This document shows, piece after piece, positions 10,739 to 24,526 of a DNA stretch of 64,000 nt (positions are counted from its first letter, which is position 1; every line of letters begins with the position of its first letter). The DNA comes from Cenococcum geophilum. Lineage: Eukaryota. Below the pieces are notes generated by a model. The model was not told the DNA's origin. It saw nothing but the letters and a program-made list of their open reading frames with translations, and did no database searches. A program made the translations under genes and the position numbers. Location of the stretch: assembly GCA_050273025.1 (NCBI GenBank), contig CP158635.1, positions 16,120,001 through 16,184,000 of the forward strand, given 5' to 3'.

Positions 10739-13700
10739 TATTACGGACGCTTTAAGTACAATGTTACGACTACTAGAAGAGGAGTCGGAAGAAGCTAGTT
10801 AGTTAATATAGGCACGGTCCAGAATGGAACCGGTAGAACTATGTAACGAGGAATGGTAACTGAGGTCACATAACGTGCTACGTATTAAACGAGAGGAACG
10901 AGAGGAACTTACGTACCTTATGTATAACACATACATCACGTATAAGAAGGATTTCATAGGAGTATAATTGTGTATTTAAGGACCCTTAGTCCCTACCTAG
11001 ATAGTTCCTTCCTTATAGTGATTCTTAGAATATAATTAGAGTTAATCTATTAGGCAACCACTCCACTAGTTATTATTACGTTGTTGACTTCCTGTAATAC
11101 CTACACACCTAGCCTATTAATAGGACCTACCGTAGTTCTTACTACAAGATTCCGTTACACAATCACTACCACAGTTACGGTTTTAAGAAGTTAAATAACA
11201 TGCTACTAAAAGCAGCCACCACAACGCCATTAACGGCGGTAACTACTTCGAGATCAGGTAACGACACCAGTATGGTAGATACTAACTTATAATAACCTAT
11301 AACAGTAGGACAGTTATAAGAGATAGTTAACCAACTAATAGAAAATAATGCGATACTTAAAAATAGGATTAATAGGATAAGAGCAGCAAAGGTTAAGTTA
11401 CCATTAATTAAAAGATTCTTAGAAGAGAGATTAAAGCTTAAAGGATTCCTTACGTAAATACACTTTAAGGTTACGTAAGAGGGAGTAAAGCTGGCAATAA
11501 CTATGGATTAAGTAGCATACGCAGGATTGTTCTTATTAGGAAGAGCACTTAAATGGTTTAAGCCTTACCTTACAGAGATACAAGCAAATGGAATAATAAT
11601 AACTAACTAAGAGGTACGGTTTATGTTCTTAAGTTAGGGAGGGTTTGTAGAGCGACTTATACAAATATTTAGAGATCTAGAGGCAACGACTATAGCGGAA
11701 AGAAAACTCCAAGACATTACGCAACGAACCTTAGTAATTAAGTATATAACGCAGTTCTAAACGCTAGCTATATAAGTTAAGTGAAATAATAAGGCGCTTA
11801 TGGCACAGTATAAATAGGGACTTAAGGCTAAAGTCTAGGATATAATTATTCTAATAGAAGATGCGGACACCCTAAGGGAATTAATAGATTAAGCGATTAA
11901 GATTAACAATAGGATCTTCTAAAGGGAATAGACTAAGAGAGGTTAGGATAGAGTTCTATAGTTATATAAGGCGCAGAGTACGTAATAACTAAAGCTAAGT
12001 TAGAAACTATGGTATGGCGCAGAGCTAATAGACCTAAGTGGTACTAAAGAAACCTATAAGAGATAGAGTAAGAAACTATAGAAACCTAGAGGTTAAGGAT
12101 TAAGTAATTATAGGACTAAAGAGCAAAGGCTAAATCAGGGATCTTAGCAGTAGAAGACGTTTAGGCGGACTCTATAATAAAGTTAATGGTTTAGAGACGG
12201 AGCTTACATAAATTGCAGGAAATAAGGTTATTTCACTAGGGATTATAAAGATAGTTAGAGTTACTATATAATAAAGGGAACCAGACTAGCAGACGATATA
12301 CATATATAGAGGGACAACAGTGTACTACGAGGAACAAAAGAGTGTTTAATTAAAAGTTTCGCGTTTTATTATAATAACGTATACCAAATTTATAAAGACG
12401 CTAAGTATGGCGCAAGCTATTAGCTATAAGAGCTAGAATTAATAAAGTATAAAGGCACTAACGAACTATCTCGCAGATCGGATATTAAGGACGATGAATT
12501 TAATATAGGCGAAATATTTAGTAACAATAAGGTAATAAAGGTAGTTTACTAGGAATATATAAACCTTAGAGAAGTTATATTAGAAGTAGAGACTAGGACT
12601 ACTATAGAGCAAGGTTTAATAACGGGTATTATAACACCGTTGGATACGGTATCCATCGCTTTACGAGACGGAAGGAAGAGTATCTTATAGAGACTAAGTA
12701 AGCAGATAAGTGCTAGTGCTAATTTACCACTTAATAAAGGTAAAAGGCTAAAGGCTTAAGATTCTTAAGATAAGATAAGGTATGCTTAGAGACCTATAAC
12801 GGACGATAACCGATAGAGTAGAGCAGTAGCTTAGTTTAGTAATATACGAATAAGCTTAAGACAAGAGTTCCTAACGGCATAAGACTCTTAAGACAAGATA
12901 AGTGAGATTTAAGACTCTTAAAACGAGATGAGAATACCTAAGCCTAGTTGGACTAAGGTAGGAGCTAAGCTTAAGTTAGAAGCAAGCTTAGGATTAAGGA
13001 TTCTATAGGACTAAGACTTTAATATACGGATAAGGACCATTAATGAGGGAATTAAGAAGTAAGAAGACTTTAAGGATCCACTTATAAGACGCGAAAAGAA
13101 AGAAACTATAGAGAAATTTAGAGCAAGAATTACCTTATAGTAAGAACAGAAACTAAATAAGAGATCTAGAATATTAGGACGTATAAGGGATAGAGTATCT
13201 ATATAAAGAATTACTAATAGACCTAAGATAGGCATACTAAGAGCTAAGTGGCTTACCAAACTAGAACAAGAAGAGGATTTAGGGATTCTAACTAGGTTCA
13301 AAAAATAATATATAAAAGGCTATTACGATACAGTAATAAGAAGATACTTTCTTACGGACAGACTATATACACTTAAGGAGTTGTACTAAAAGTAGTATAG
13401 ACAACAACACAGTAATGAGTAGGAAGATTTCTATATATAGTTAGATGAATAAGTTATTTAAAACCACCTAATTACGGAAAAGGCTATAACTTACATCAAA
13501 GGAGCCTTAATTATAATATTAAAGGATCTAGAGAAGTAATTAGAGGATTAAAAAAGCGAGAGACGAATCTTAGTACCTGCGAATAAAGTCGCAACGCTTA
13601 GATTAACATAAGAAAGGTTTAAACTTAAGAATAAAGATAAGCTAAGAGTTAACCTAAGATACCAGGCGTATTATACGTTGGCATGGATTATATATATAGA

Positions 13701-16700
13701 TAACGCGTATAATATATATAGAGTACTAAAAGATAAGAACTAGAAGTACCTAGTAAGAATATATTAGGCACTAAATAAGATAAAATACAGAAACGCCAAG
13801 TATATATATAATTAGCACCCTATAGAAGTTTAAGAACAAGGGGACTTAATACTTTAACTAAGAAGATTCCTTACGGAAGAATACCTAGATAAACAATAAT
13901 AGTAGGAATATCCAGAGAACACCTGTTTATAGTATATTAAAGAAAAGAAACAAACTAAGTATTAGCCTAAGTTAAACTAAGTACAAATAGGATCTAGCAG
14001 CTATTAGTTGGGAAAAGTAGAGGCCTACAGGACCAAAGGGAGCTAGTGGTAGAGCCTTAGACCCTTAAAGAAATTTAAGGATAACACCTAAATCTAAGAA
14101 TTAAATAGTAAGATTAGCAGTTTAAAGCATTAGTAGACAGTAAAGTAATAAGGAACCATATATTACCAACAATAGTTAAAAGGATAGGACTACTATATAG
14201 AGAGAAGGAGCACCTATATTTATTAGTTACAATTTTAGGAGATCCAATAGCCTATGGAGGAGGCATTATTAATCTTAAAATAGGACCTATTTAGTTAACC
14301 ATTAAAGGGAGATAAATTAAGATGTCTTTTAATATATTACTATTAGGGAATAATAAGGCGATACTAGGAATACCTTAGTTACAGGAATATAATCTAAAGA
14401 TTAATTAGGTTATAGGTTAGGTTAATATTAAAAATACTTAATAATATAAGATGTAATAATAAACTAAGTTAGTATAATACTAAGTTAGAGCGATATATAA
14501 GGAGACTAATTAAGGATTAAGTTATATACTAAAGAGATACTATAAATATAGCAAAAAGTTATAGTTACTAGAAAGTGAAAAGCTGTTAGAGTATATAGTA
14601 TAGGACTATAAAATAGAGTTAAAACTAAAAATAAGTCTATGGTTTTTTTTAACCTATAAGCTTACCAAAGAAGAAAGTAAAGCATTAAAAGAGTTTATCT
14701 AGGAAAACTTATAAAAGGGATATATTAGACTATCGCAATTATTAGCGGGTTATCCAGTACTATTCGTACTAAAGAAAAACGGAAAACTTAGGTTATACAT
14801 TAACTATAGACAATTAAACAATATTATGAGAAAGGATAGGTATCCTTTACCCTTAATTAGCGAAATCTAAAATAGGATAGGTAATGCGCAAATCTTTACA
14901 AAGATAGATCTAAGATAGGCGTACCATCAGATTAGAATTAAGGAAGGTAATAAATAGAAGGCAGCCTTTAGGTTAAAGGAAGGACTATATAAGCTATTAG
15001 TTATATAATTTGGGCTTATAAACGCACTAGTAATATTCTAAAAGCAAATTAATAATATATTAGGAGAACACCTTAATAAGTTTGTTATAGTATACCTTAA
15101 TAATATTATTATCTACTTAATAAGTAAGGAAGAGTATAGGGAACACATTAAATAGGTTTTAAAGAGACTATAAGAAGAACAGATGCTAGTAGCAATTAAG
15201 AAATACGAGTTCTTTATAAGGAAGACCAATTTTATTAGATTTATTATTAAGCTAGGCAAACTAAGCATGGACCTAAAGAAAGTCAAAGCTATAGTAAATT
15301 AGCAAGAACTAGAGAATGTTACACAGTTAAGATTATTTCTAGGGTTTTGCAATTACTATAGGAGGTTTATAGCGCAGTAGTTAAAGAATATTAAGCTATT
15401 TACTTAATTAATAAAGAAAGAGGAACTATAGGTATAGAAAAAGGAATAGAAAGAATTGTTTAAAGAACTTAAGGAGTTATTTACCTAGAAACTAATCCTT
15501 AAAATCTACTAACTAAAGTTAGAGACAGTAGTTAAGATAAATGTATTAGACTTTGCATTAGGAGCGTACTTTCTATAGAAATATAAAGATAAATAGCACC
15601 TAGTGGTATACTATAGTTAAAAGATAATACTACCAGAACTAAACTATAACATCTATAACAAGGAGTTATTAGGTATAGTTATAGCACTAAAAGAATAAAG
15701 GGTATTCTTATAAGGAATAGAAAAACTATTTATAGTTAAGATGGATTATAAGAACCTAATAGGATTCCTAATAATAAAGGAACTTAACTAAAAATAGGTT
15801 AAATGGGCAGAAATACTTATAGACTACTATTTTAAGATTTAGCATACTAAGGGTATAGATAATGTATAAGCAGACGCTTTAAGTAGAAAGGCTAAACTAC
15901 AAAATAATAAGAAGCCATTAGGGGCTTTATTATAAAAAGATATAGATAGGTTAATTAGATACAATCATCCAAAAATTATAATAACTTAAGAGAAAAAGTT
16001 AGAAAGAGTCTATAAGATACCAGAAAGCTTTTAGGTATAAAGAATTCTAAAGGTATAGCTAGAAGATCTATAGATAAATATATATAAGAATTAAGAAGCT
16101 AAGTATATCCTAAAAAGCATAACAGAGTATTTTATAAAAGACTTTTATAAGGAAATAACTTAAGAACATAACAGAGCCATGGGCTTAGTATTAAGACTCT
16201 AAGAGGAGTATATTATTAATAGAATCTAGGGTTTAGTATGGAAAATTATTAAGAAATATTTAGATTGCTAAAGAAATAAACTAATAAGGTATAAGCCGTA
16301 TAGAGGGCTATAACCTATTAAAATACCAGAAAGACTATAGGAGGTTATATTATAGGACTTTATTATTAAGTTACTAAAGTTAAAAGATCCTATTACCGGA
16401 TAAGATTATAATGTAATTTTAGTAATAGTAAATAAGCTTATAAAGTGGGGATACTTTATAGCATATATAGAAGAAATCTTAGTAGAAGATATCGCTAAAA
16501 TCTATATTAAGGAAGTATTTATAAGGTATAGAGCACTAAGCAAAATTATATTAGATAGAGATCTAAGATTTATAGTAGCATTCTAGAAAGTATTTTTAGC
16601 GGAGTAAGGAGTTTAAGTAGTAACTTCTACTATATATTATCTACAGACAGACGGTTAAATAGAAAGATTAAATTAGACACTAGAGCAGTATTTAAGGCAT

Positions 16701-19700
16701 TATATTAATTATATATAGAATAATTAGGTATTATTATTACTAGTTATATAGTTTATATATAATGCCACACTATAGGAAGAAATAGGTATATTACTATTTA
16801 AGGCGAATTACGGATACAAACTAAGAATATTATTATTATTACGCTAAGTAAAGAAGATAAGTAGCACAGCCAAAAAAAGAATGGAGACTTTAATAATTCT
16901 TTATAAAAACCTTATAGAAACAGCTAAGGTAGTATAGTAAAGAATAAAGAAGTACTATAATACTAAAAGATCTAAAGGACTAGATCTTAAGGAGGGAGAT
17001 AAAGTATAGCTACTATACAAAAATTTTAAGAGTTAACAACTAAGTAAAAAGTTGGACTATATTAGATTAGGACCTTTTAAAATTATTTAGAGGATTTTAC
17101 TAGTTACGTTTAAGTTAAACCTACTAGCTAGAATAAAAATCTACCCTATATAGCATATTATAATGCTAGAGCTAGTATATAGAAATATTAAGCCACTAGT
17201 TTATAAAGTAGACACGTATAGAGGATAAGAGGAAGATAAATAGCAAGTTTTAAAGATCGTTAATTATAAGGATATAGATAATAAAATATAGTATAAAGTA
17301 AAGTAGATAGGCTATAATGAAACTACCTAGGAGCTACTAGAAAATTTAAAGAATACTATAGGAAAGGTATAGAAGTATTAGAAGAAAATAGGTCAGGTAA
17401 TATAGATAGGGAAAAATTATTAAAAAATAAGTTACTTAAGGGGGACCTAGGAAGAGCGACTGCGGAACTACTTAAAGTTATTTCCTTTACTAGTAGAGGA
17501 GAGTTAGTTCTTTTATTACTAAGTTTCTATAGACCTTATTCTATAAGTTTCTACTCCTTAAAATAGACCTTCTTATAAACTTTCTTAAGACAAAGTAGAT
17601 AGGTAAACGCTATAATATAAGTATTTAAGGCCTTCTATTCTATATCTGTTTGTATTAACTTAATAATACAAGTAAGTCATATCCCGGGGCACGAAATACG
17701 TATAGTATCGTATGCTCTTTAGGATAGTGGTGACTGTCGATTCTATTGAGGTAGACTACGTGGTCTATATACTGACGCGCCTCCCCCTGATTAGTCAGCA
17801 CCTAAGTGGTTGGTGCACCAAACGCGTAACCACGCGTTTGGTGTACCACGTGCTGTAATCATACACTGGCGGTACTTGGAAATGACTCAATTATATCTAA
17901 CCTCCGTAATCGCTTCAATGGAGCCGTAAAACACAAAAGAAATACATAGGAAATCCCTCCCGAGGTGCCTTCTGGGCTGCCTTCCAAACGGTGCTCTAAG
18001 CTGGTCGTAAGTCCTACTTGCGGTCCGTAAAGTAGACCGTACGGCCTTCCAACGGGCCGTAAATGAACCGTAAGTGCTCCGTTAGTCTCGTTCCACCCAT
18101 TCTTAGTTATAGCATCTGCTGGGTTGTCTTCGGTGCTGATCCATTTGACCTCCGTAATCTCATGTCGTTCGTAGGCCTAACGTAAGCACATTAGGTCGAC
18201 CATAAGCCTCTTCTCCTATGTCGTACCTAGTTTAACTAGGCAGTCGTAGAGGGACTTTAAATCGGTGCATAAAACCAGGGGTAGCTGCTCCAATTATAGG
18301 ATCTTCTGGATTATTGATTTGATTGCGGCTGCTATATTAAAGCCATAGGCTAGTGCATATAGTTTAGAAGCTAGTACGCTGCGGGTTACTCGTTTACATT
18401 TAATTGAAGACCAATATAGTATATTTGCGTCCTAATTACGGTCCATAAGTACAATTACGAAGCCGATTTGCGATGATAGGTCCCTATTATTGGCAAAGGA
18501 GGCGTCCATAAATACTATTACGCTAAGGGAATTTAGGTCCAGTGGTACAAAAGTAAGTCCTCTTATTGCATTGTTAATTTGCCACTAAATACGCTTATTT
18601 AGCTGCTTAATATCTTCCTCTTGCGGATCTATTACCTGGGCCGCAAAGGATAAGTCGTAGGCAGATTTGGGTTGACAGACTATAGCAATATAGGCGCCTC
18701 TTACACATTATGCGACGTATTAGTCCTTCATATTTACGGTCTTGCGGGTCTCTCCGCGGGAACTGGTAAGGTCCGTAGGCTTTGCTATAACGAGCCTTAA
18801 GTTTTAAGTTTGGCGTTCCTAAGTTAACTAGATTAGGTTGCCCTTTTATATAATTAAGCCTCTATTAAACTTAACTAGGGTTTACTTAGTTAACTACTCT
18901 CGCGGCTTTGCTAGGAACTTAGCCTTTTATAATTTATTCTCTTTAGCGTCTGTAAAAGTCCGGTCCGCTATAAAGAGGGTATTATCTATTTAGAGTCCAA
19001 TAATACTAAGGCCGTTTAATAGTGTATATAGAAGGCAGGGGTTATAGGTTAACTGTTCCGTTTTAAGTTTACGGACGTAATGCTAGTGGTACGTTTTAAA
19101 CCAGTGGTTTCTAGCTTCTGGCACTCTATAAAGGGGTTTTATAACCCGTAAAATTGTTCCTAGTTATAAGTTAAGCTCGAGGGGTAGTTATATAAAGATG
19201 TCCCTACTTAGGTAGGTATTAGATTGTACGTAGGCTTATAAGATATCCCGTAAGTAGAGGGCTATAGGCTTAGTTTACTATAGTCCAGGCATAAGTGCAA
19301 GTATAATCTGTTAACTGACTCATTAAATTATAGGCGATTATATAAGGACTAAGCCCTTTCCCTAGTCGTTATAGGCTTATATAACGAGCCTTAACTTCTT
19401 AAAGGCTTTGTTAGTACTAGGGTGCTTAATCTCGTTAACGAAGCGTAAGTTAAATATACGGACGCCTTGCGGAACGTCTTTCTCCGTTATAACCGCAAAG
19501 ACGCCCTTCTTAAGTAGTCCGTTAATCTCTTTACGTTATAAGTCCGTAAAAGGGGTTTCCTATACTAGAACTAATATATCCGTAGGCAGAGATTGCTTTA
19601 TAAATGTGCCTGCGGAGGTTAGGTGGTTCTCTGTTACAGGGTTCTCCGTTATAGGGTGCTTTTAGGGGCGTCCTCGGCTACGCTTTACGGCAGGTTTAGT

Positions 19701-22700
19701 AGGTTTGCGGGGGACTTCTAGAGTAGATAGGGGTGTTTCTAGTTTATCTAGTTCGGCGGATGCTTCCAGTTTATCTAATTTAACGGCACAGGTATTTTTA
19801 GACCGAAAATAGGGTTTTACGGACGTGCTTCTGAAGTTAGTCGGTCCGCTAGGGAGTTATATACAACACGTTTCATCTTCTGTGGCCAGTAAACGGTAAG
19901 GTCCAGTCCAATTGCCGCTCTCACGCCATATGAGGACTTTAGAATTAAGCGGGAGGTCATAAACTGAAGTTGTGTTAGGTCCGTTGCGGTAATATAGAGC
20001 GCTGTTAACGGCTTATTTAGCCCGTAATTTAACTATTTCGGCCATTGCCTTCTATATTATAGCTACTTGTTCCGTAATAGACGGGGCAGCAGGGCCTAGG
20101 TTACTTATCTTTAGGTAGGCTCCGTAAACTAAGAGGGTAGGTACTAGTCCGTTAGGGCCAGCGGTGTTATTAACGGCTTTTACGGCCATCTATAAAGCCA
20201 GTTCCTTTTAGATATCCTTATACTCGTCCGTAATAATCTAGTAAGCTCTCTATAGGGCTAGGTGAGCTCGCTCAACAAGCCCAACAGACCAGTACGCCTT
20301 AACTAGAACGGCTTTTATTAAAATAGCCATGGCCGTAGCATACTATTAGAATTCCTTGCTGATAAAGTTCCTACTAGCGTTGTGGGTAATATACTTAGGA
20401 GGTCCAAGGTATGTATCAATCTAGTAGGTCCGTAAAATGTCCCAAGTATGTTTTATAGATATATTTTGCAACCAACAGGCGGCTTAATAGTGGGTTGCCT
20501 CGTCAATTATATATAATACTGGACTGCCGTTAATATACATAATGTCCACGTATACTAAGTGGTTGAAGTCAAGGTCCTTATAAAGGGTAAACTTAAATCT
20601 GCTTAGGGAACGTCCGTATTTCTAGCAAAAAGAGCAGTATTTGGTCAGGTGGTTGATTGCCTTCCTATTAACGTCGTCGTGTCTAAAGCGTTCAAGGACT
20701 CTATATAGCTTTTCGGCTAACGGGTGGCCAAAGCGGCGGTATAGTTGGTGGATTTTAGTACTGGTAAGGTAGCACGGGTTATAGTCAAAAGATTCCTAAA
20801 TGTAGGTCTATAAAGTCTCTCCCTATATAAGGAACGGGTGTCCAAATCGTCGTATAATTAGTAGGGTAACATGCTTACTTCCTGGGGCAGTTGCGGGGCC
20901 AATTACGGTGTCCGTAACATTATTATAGTAAACTTATAACCTATCTATATCCGTAAAACAGAGTAGAAAAGGGGTGTCCGCTTTTACTACGTGGAAGTTA
21001 ACTAGGCCAATTAGGGTCTTAACTGCCACTAATCCAATTAATATGGTTAAGCCGATGCCGAATTAGACATTTACGGCCCCAGTTTATATAGTATTAATGT
21101 CCGTATTATCATTTATAGTGGTCTTATATACAAGGTATTATCCGTAACCTATAGTAGATTTCTTAGAGGCACCTATATCAATTATAACGCCGTAGAATTC
21201 TTTAGGGGTATAGCGTTTAGTGGTAATATATGCAAATGGGTCCTATTCGCGGTCCGTGACGTCTATAATAGGTCTAACGGGTATGTTTATAGGCTAGTTT
21301 TCGGGTGCAATTAAGTATACGAAGGAGCGGTCAGCTAATACGGTCGTAATATTAAAGGCTTAGCTGTCCGTAAAAGGTCCAAAAGTAGTTAGAAACGTCT
21401 CTAAGGTCTCCTGTTCCTAAGTATCTGAGTTAAAGTTAATTATAAGGGCTTCTATTGACTCATTAGGAGGCTCTTCTACTTCCTCTCCTTTGTATTCCAA
21501 AATAAACTGGTTAATACGGTTATCAAATCTCTTCTTGGACTTAGCACGTTCTTCCTAGGTATACCTTGTAGACCAACATCCTTCCTTACTGCATATAAAG
21601 CACTTTTAGCTAGTTTGTCTGCAGGGGTATGCTTTTGTATAGAAGTTGCTATAGGGGTTACGGGTAGGACCTGGTCGATGCGGGTGCTGCTAGCGGTAGC
21701 GGCGGTCCGTAAAGTAGGCGTCTAAGTTAGTTTGCGGGTTTTGCAGGTCCGTGATAAAGGCTTAGATACTATCTAGCGGGTTTAAGACTTCGTACGTTAC
21801 AATGGAGGACCGTAAATCGTTAATAAGACTAGCTACGGTGTCTACAGGCTTATAGTAGGCGTATTTGTAGGGTTCTACTTCCTGGTAAGCTGTAATAAGC
21901 TTGTTGTATAGGAAGTCGTCCGTTTAAAGCTTAATATTAAGGCCGTACTATAGGTGCCGGAGGTCTTTGATAAGAATTTGCAGGCACTCTATAGTCGACT
22001 TTTCGGTATTCTTATTGATTACGGTCCGTAACTTGATCGCATTCCATTAGGTAAGGATATTACGCCTATATTCTGGCCCTTTAAAGAAGTTATATATAGC
22101 TTTGTATAGCTTATTAAAGGAGACACTAAGGGGGTTACTCTTAAGGTTGGTATAGTAGTGGTTAAGGGCTAGGCCGCGCAGCATAGTAGAATAGGCTTGG
22201 CTAAATTCCTATTTAGGAATATCAGCCTTCCAACAGAGGTCCGTAAAGATAGTAAGTTTAAAGTTAAAGTTATCGTTTTTACCGCTATACTTGGATTCGT
22301 TGGTATAGAGCTTAGCTAAGTTGGCTAGTTCCTTACCGTAGGTCTTTACTTAAGTAGGTTGCGGATCTGTGACTTAGGCGGTCTGTGGATCTGTGGCTTA
22401 GGCAACAGGAGGGTTTTAGTCTATATTTTAGTTTACAGGGGTATTATAGTCCGTAATTTAGGTTACGGGGGTATTACGGTCCGTAACTTAAGTACTAGAT
22501 ATACTTTAGCCCGTAAGATTAATTCCGAAATCGCTTGGGTTTATAGGACAAATTTGGTTAAGTAGGTTAGGTATAAGGCCAGCAATGCCATTAAGTTTAG
22601 GAGAAGCAAAGAGTTTATTAGTGACTTTAACCTAGTCTAGGATTTCCTCTTTAGTCTATTCCGTTTGGTCCTCCTCCTATATTATGTTATATAAGGACCG

Positions 22701-24526
22701 TGTAATAGTAACTCGTTTATCCTTTTTAACCTATACACCTTGGTGATATAAAAGGGTTCGTAGGTTATGGATAGCAGTAGGGTTATAAGTCTTAAGAATA
22801 TCTTCCATAAAGTCCGCAAAGTCTTCTTTATATTACTCCCACAGGTCGTTATTTATAAGCTTAAAATATCCGTATTTAAGGATTTTATACTTAATGTAGT
22901 TGTTAACGTTAGCTATAGACGTAAGATTGACTCCTTATCTCTATTTCTCTCGACCTTTATTAATCTGCTTGCTTGTGTCTACTATACTATATAGTATAGT
23001 ATATAGCGGGTGGTAGTAGCTTATAACGGGTGGGGGAGGTCTTATAACGGTCCGTAAAATTAATTAAAGGGTCCGTAATAGTTTAAAAGGTCTTATAATA
23101 GTCCATAACGGCGATTAATAGGTCCGTAATAGTTTATAGGGGGGCAGGGGGTTTCCGTAAAAGGTCCGGAGGGGTTTAAGGTTTAAGGGGTTAAGGATAG
23201 GGGGTTCCGTAAGGGTCTATATTCATGTTTATAAACTTCTAGTAAACCGTACTAAGACTTAAATAAGTATATAGAGTTAGTAATAGTTCCGTAATCCCCG
23301 GCTTCCGACCTTCTAGTAGGTCGTACTAGGAGTCTAAACGGGTGGTCGCTGTCGTGTATCGCTTAGGGGGAGGTGTCGAGTGATTGCTAATCTGTGCGCG
23401 CATACTAATTAGTGTTTATATCAACTTAATGATATAAGTGAGTTATATCCCAGGGCACGAAATACGTATAGTATCGTATGCTCTTTGGGATAGTGGTAAC
23501 TGTCAATTCTATTAAGGTAGACTACGTGGTCTATATACTAACGCGCCTCCCCCTAATTAGTTAGCACCTAAGTGGTTAGTGCACCAAACGCGTAACTACG
23601 CGTTTGGTGTACCACGTGCTGTAATTATACAATATCCTAAGAACGCTTAAGCTCTATAAGGGCCTATACTAGGTTACTATTAAGCTTTATAGCAGTAAAT
23701 TAAATATAAAACCCTATAATAAATTACTTAGGGAACTTAGAGACTATTAAGAGTTATAGGACGCGTATACTTAGCGTTAGAAATAGAATAAACATTATAG
23801 AATAACCGGATGTTCACTTTAGTACACTCTAAATAAGAAGAGGGTTACTAAGATAAGGGACTTGCTAACGTAATATAAACTAACCCCTTTTTCGCATAAT
23901 AAGAATATAGAGACGGTATAATTTCACTAAGCGATAATATAGCAGTAATAGTGCGGGCACAACATTGCGCGTATAAAGAAAAGGATGCTTTAGGCATAAT
24001 AAGTAACAATATTAACTAAATTAACTAGACGGATATTATACCTCTAGTAAACAACTTAAAGATATTAGGTATCTTTAAGAATAAAGATAAAAAGGAGGGA
24101 GATAGTATTACGGACGCTTTAAGTATAATATTATAACTACTAGGAGAGGAGTTAGAAGAAGCTAGTTAGTTAATATAGGTATAGTCTAGGATAGAACTAG
24201 TAGAACTATATAATAAGGAATAGTAACTAAGGTTATATAATATACTACGTATTAAATAAGAGGAATAAGAGGAACTTATATACCTTATATATAATACGTA
24301 TATTACGTATAAAAAGGATTTTATAAGAGTATAATTGTATATTTAAGGACCCTTAGTCCCTACCTAAATAGTTCCTTCCTTATAGTAATTCTTAGAATAT
24401 AATTAGAGTTAATCTATTAGGCAACCACTCTACCAGTTATCATTACGTTGTTAACTTCCTGTAATACCTACACACCTAGCCCATTGACAGGACCCACCGT
24501 AGTTCTTACTACAAGGTTCCGTTACA
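10739..24526 (+). mobile_element. Gypsy chromovirus family B copy B1, interrupted by Copia C1
   Basis: 421-bp LTRs 10739-11159 and 24106-24526; TSD TTATA inside the A2 gag zinc knuckle; ORF1 from ATG 11200 to ~14050; pol ~14010-17430 with LVDS protease, RT, RNase H, integrase and chromodomain. Confidence 0.95.
17647..23631 (-). mobile_element. Full-length Ty1/Copia element C1 (RIP-inactivated)
   Basis: 219-bp LTRs 17647-17865 and 23413-23631; TSD ATATC; minus-strand order CFICSKEGCWS (~21600), GVIID(T)GAS protease (~21180), L(H)RRFGHP integrase (~20730), RT motifs RDI(S)QAYVQS, KPLY(G)VPEA(G)NHW and GL(Q)(T)D(D)TL (~19250-18980), RNase H. This PR-IN-RT-RH order is Copia. Confidence 0.95.

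Noticed and set aside
23404..23562. Possible self-priming of Copia C1 through CTAATTAGT complementarity with its LTR
   Set aside because: The core is a palindromic AT-rich 8-mer, and the LTR match lies upstream of the TATA-like site on the coding strand, so it is unlikely to be at the transcript 5' end.
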